Assembly: GCA_964187785.1 (NCBI GenBank)
Contig: OZ076409.1
Span: 19,718,001 to 19,782,000 of the forward strand
DNA from: Amphiscolops sp. MND2022
Lineage: Eukaryota
DNA: 64,000 nucleotides
Reading direction: 5' to 3'
Part shown: piece after piece, positions 63,342 to 64,000 of the stretch
Numbering within the stretch: position 1 is the stretch's first letter
Layout of the letters: the number at the start of each line of letters is the position of its first letter
Notes under the pieces: model-generated
Databases searched by the model: none
The model's input: only the letters and a program-made list of their open reading frames with translations
What the model was told of the DNA's origin: nothing
Translations under genes and position numbers: made by a program

Positions 63342-64000
63342 ACTAATGCTGGTAAAAGTTGAGAATGACTGGAGCAAAATTACTAGTAAAAGTATGCTGT
63401 TTTACAAAAAGTTCAGGTTAAAATGAGTTACACGAGATTTACCTGAAGTTTAGCAGAATTTGGTTGATAAGCTCGAAAAGAAGACAATAAAGAACAACTG
63501 ATACTTTTGAGCAGAAACACACACACTCAAAAGGTTTTTGTTCCAATAACAAATCAGAACAAGAGGCGCAAAGGCACTGTGATATTTTTCGTATACTGTT
63601 ACATCAAACATTTCCTTAGTCAACTGTCAGGTTTTGAGGAGACTTTTCTTAACTGAAGAATCACACGAAATATCAAAAAGCCGCAGCAGTGAACCTCTAT
63701 ATAAAAGAAAAGAGCGCACAGGAAAAGTCTTTATCACGGTTATCAAAGAAAATCTCATCAGACCCAGAGGACTGAAAATAACCAAAGAGGTCACCCTCAA
63801 AACTGGGAAAATACTTTTGCATAACAGAAAATCTCACAATCAAAATTGTGTGAAAAAAAGCTATTCGATATTACTTTTCCGCAAAAATTTCTTTTAAAAG
63901 TCGAACAGTGCCAAAATGCTAAGGATGCCCTCTACGCTCGCAAAACATTTCATTTCTGCTAAAAATTAAAGGAAGGCCCTCTAGTTTAAAAACAATTCCA

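Overview
AT-rich, intron-containing animal genomic DNA dominated by transposable elements. Host genes: the terminal exon of an SVOP/SLC22-like MFS transporter (+, 3010-3200); a six-exon, 5'-incomplete RhoGAP of the ARHGAP18/28/40-conundrum family (+, 17809-26821); and a complete three-exon type II membrane carbohydrate sulfotransferase (+, 55806-62387). An orphan, degenerate ASCC3 helicase exon lies on the minus strand (17094-17234). Retroelements: an old Ty1/Copia relic (-, 4059-7818); a CRE-clade RT/RLE non-LTR element with an N-terminal PHD finger (-, about 8398-12091); a 5'-truncated APE-RT LINE with a 12-bp TSD (+, 12503-15741); a full-length, decayed Copia with 551-bp TG..TA LTRs (44210-49902); and a 1.74-kb solo LTR carrying its own open ORF (52500-54237). 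DNA elements: hAT and MULE-type MITEs with clear TSDs, and about 20 copies of at least four families of non-autonomous Helentron-type (HINE/DINE-1-like) elements. These share one terminal architecture with different terminal sequences, share internal modules, and carry tRNA-derived cassettes or ~175-bp satellite arrays. All protein and family assignments come from motif recognition by eye, not database searches.
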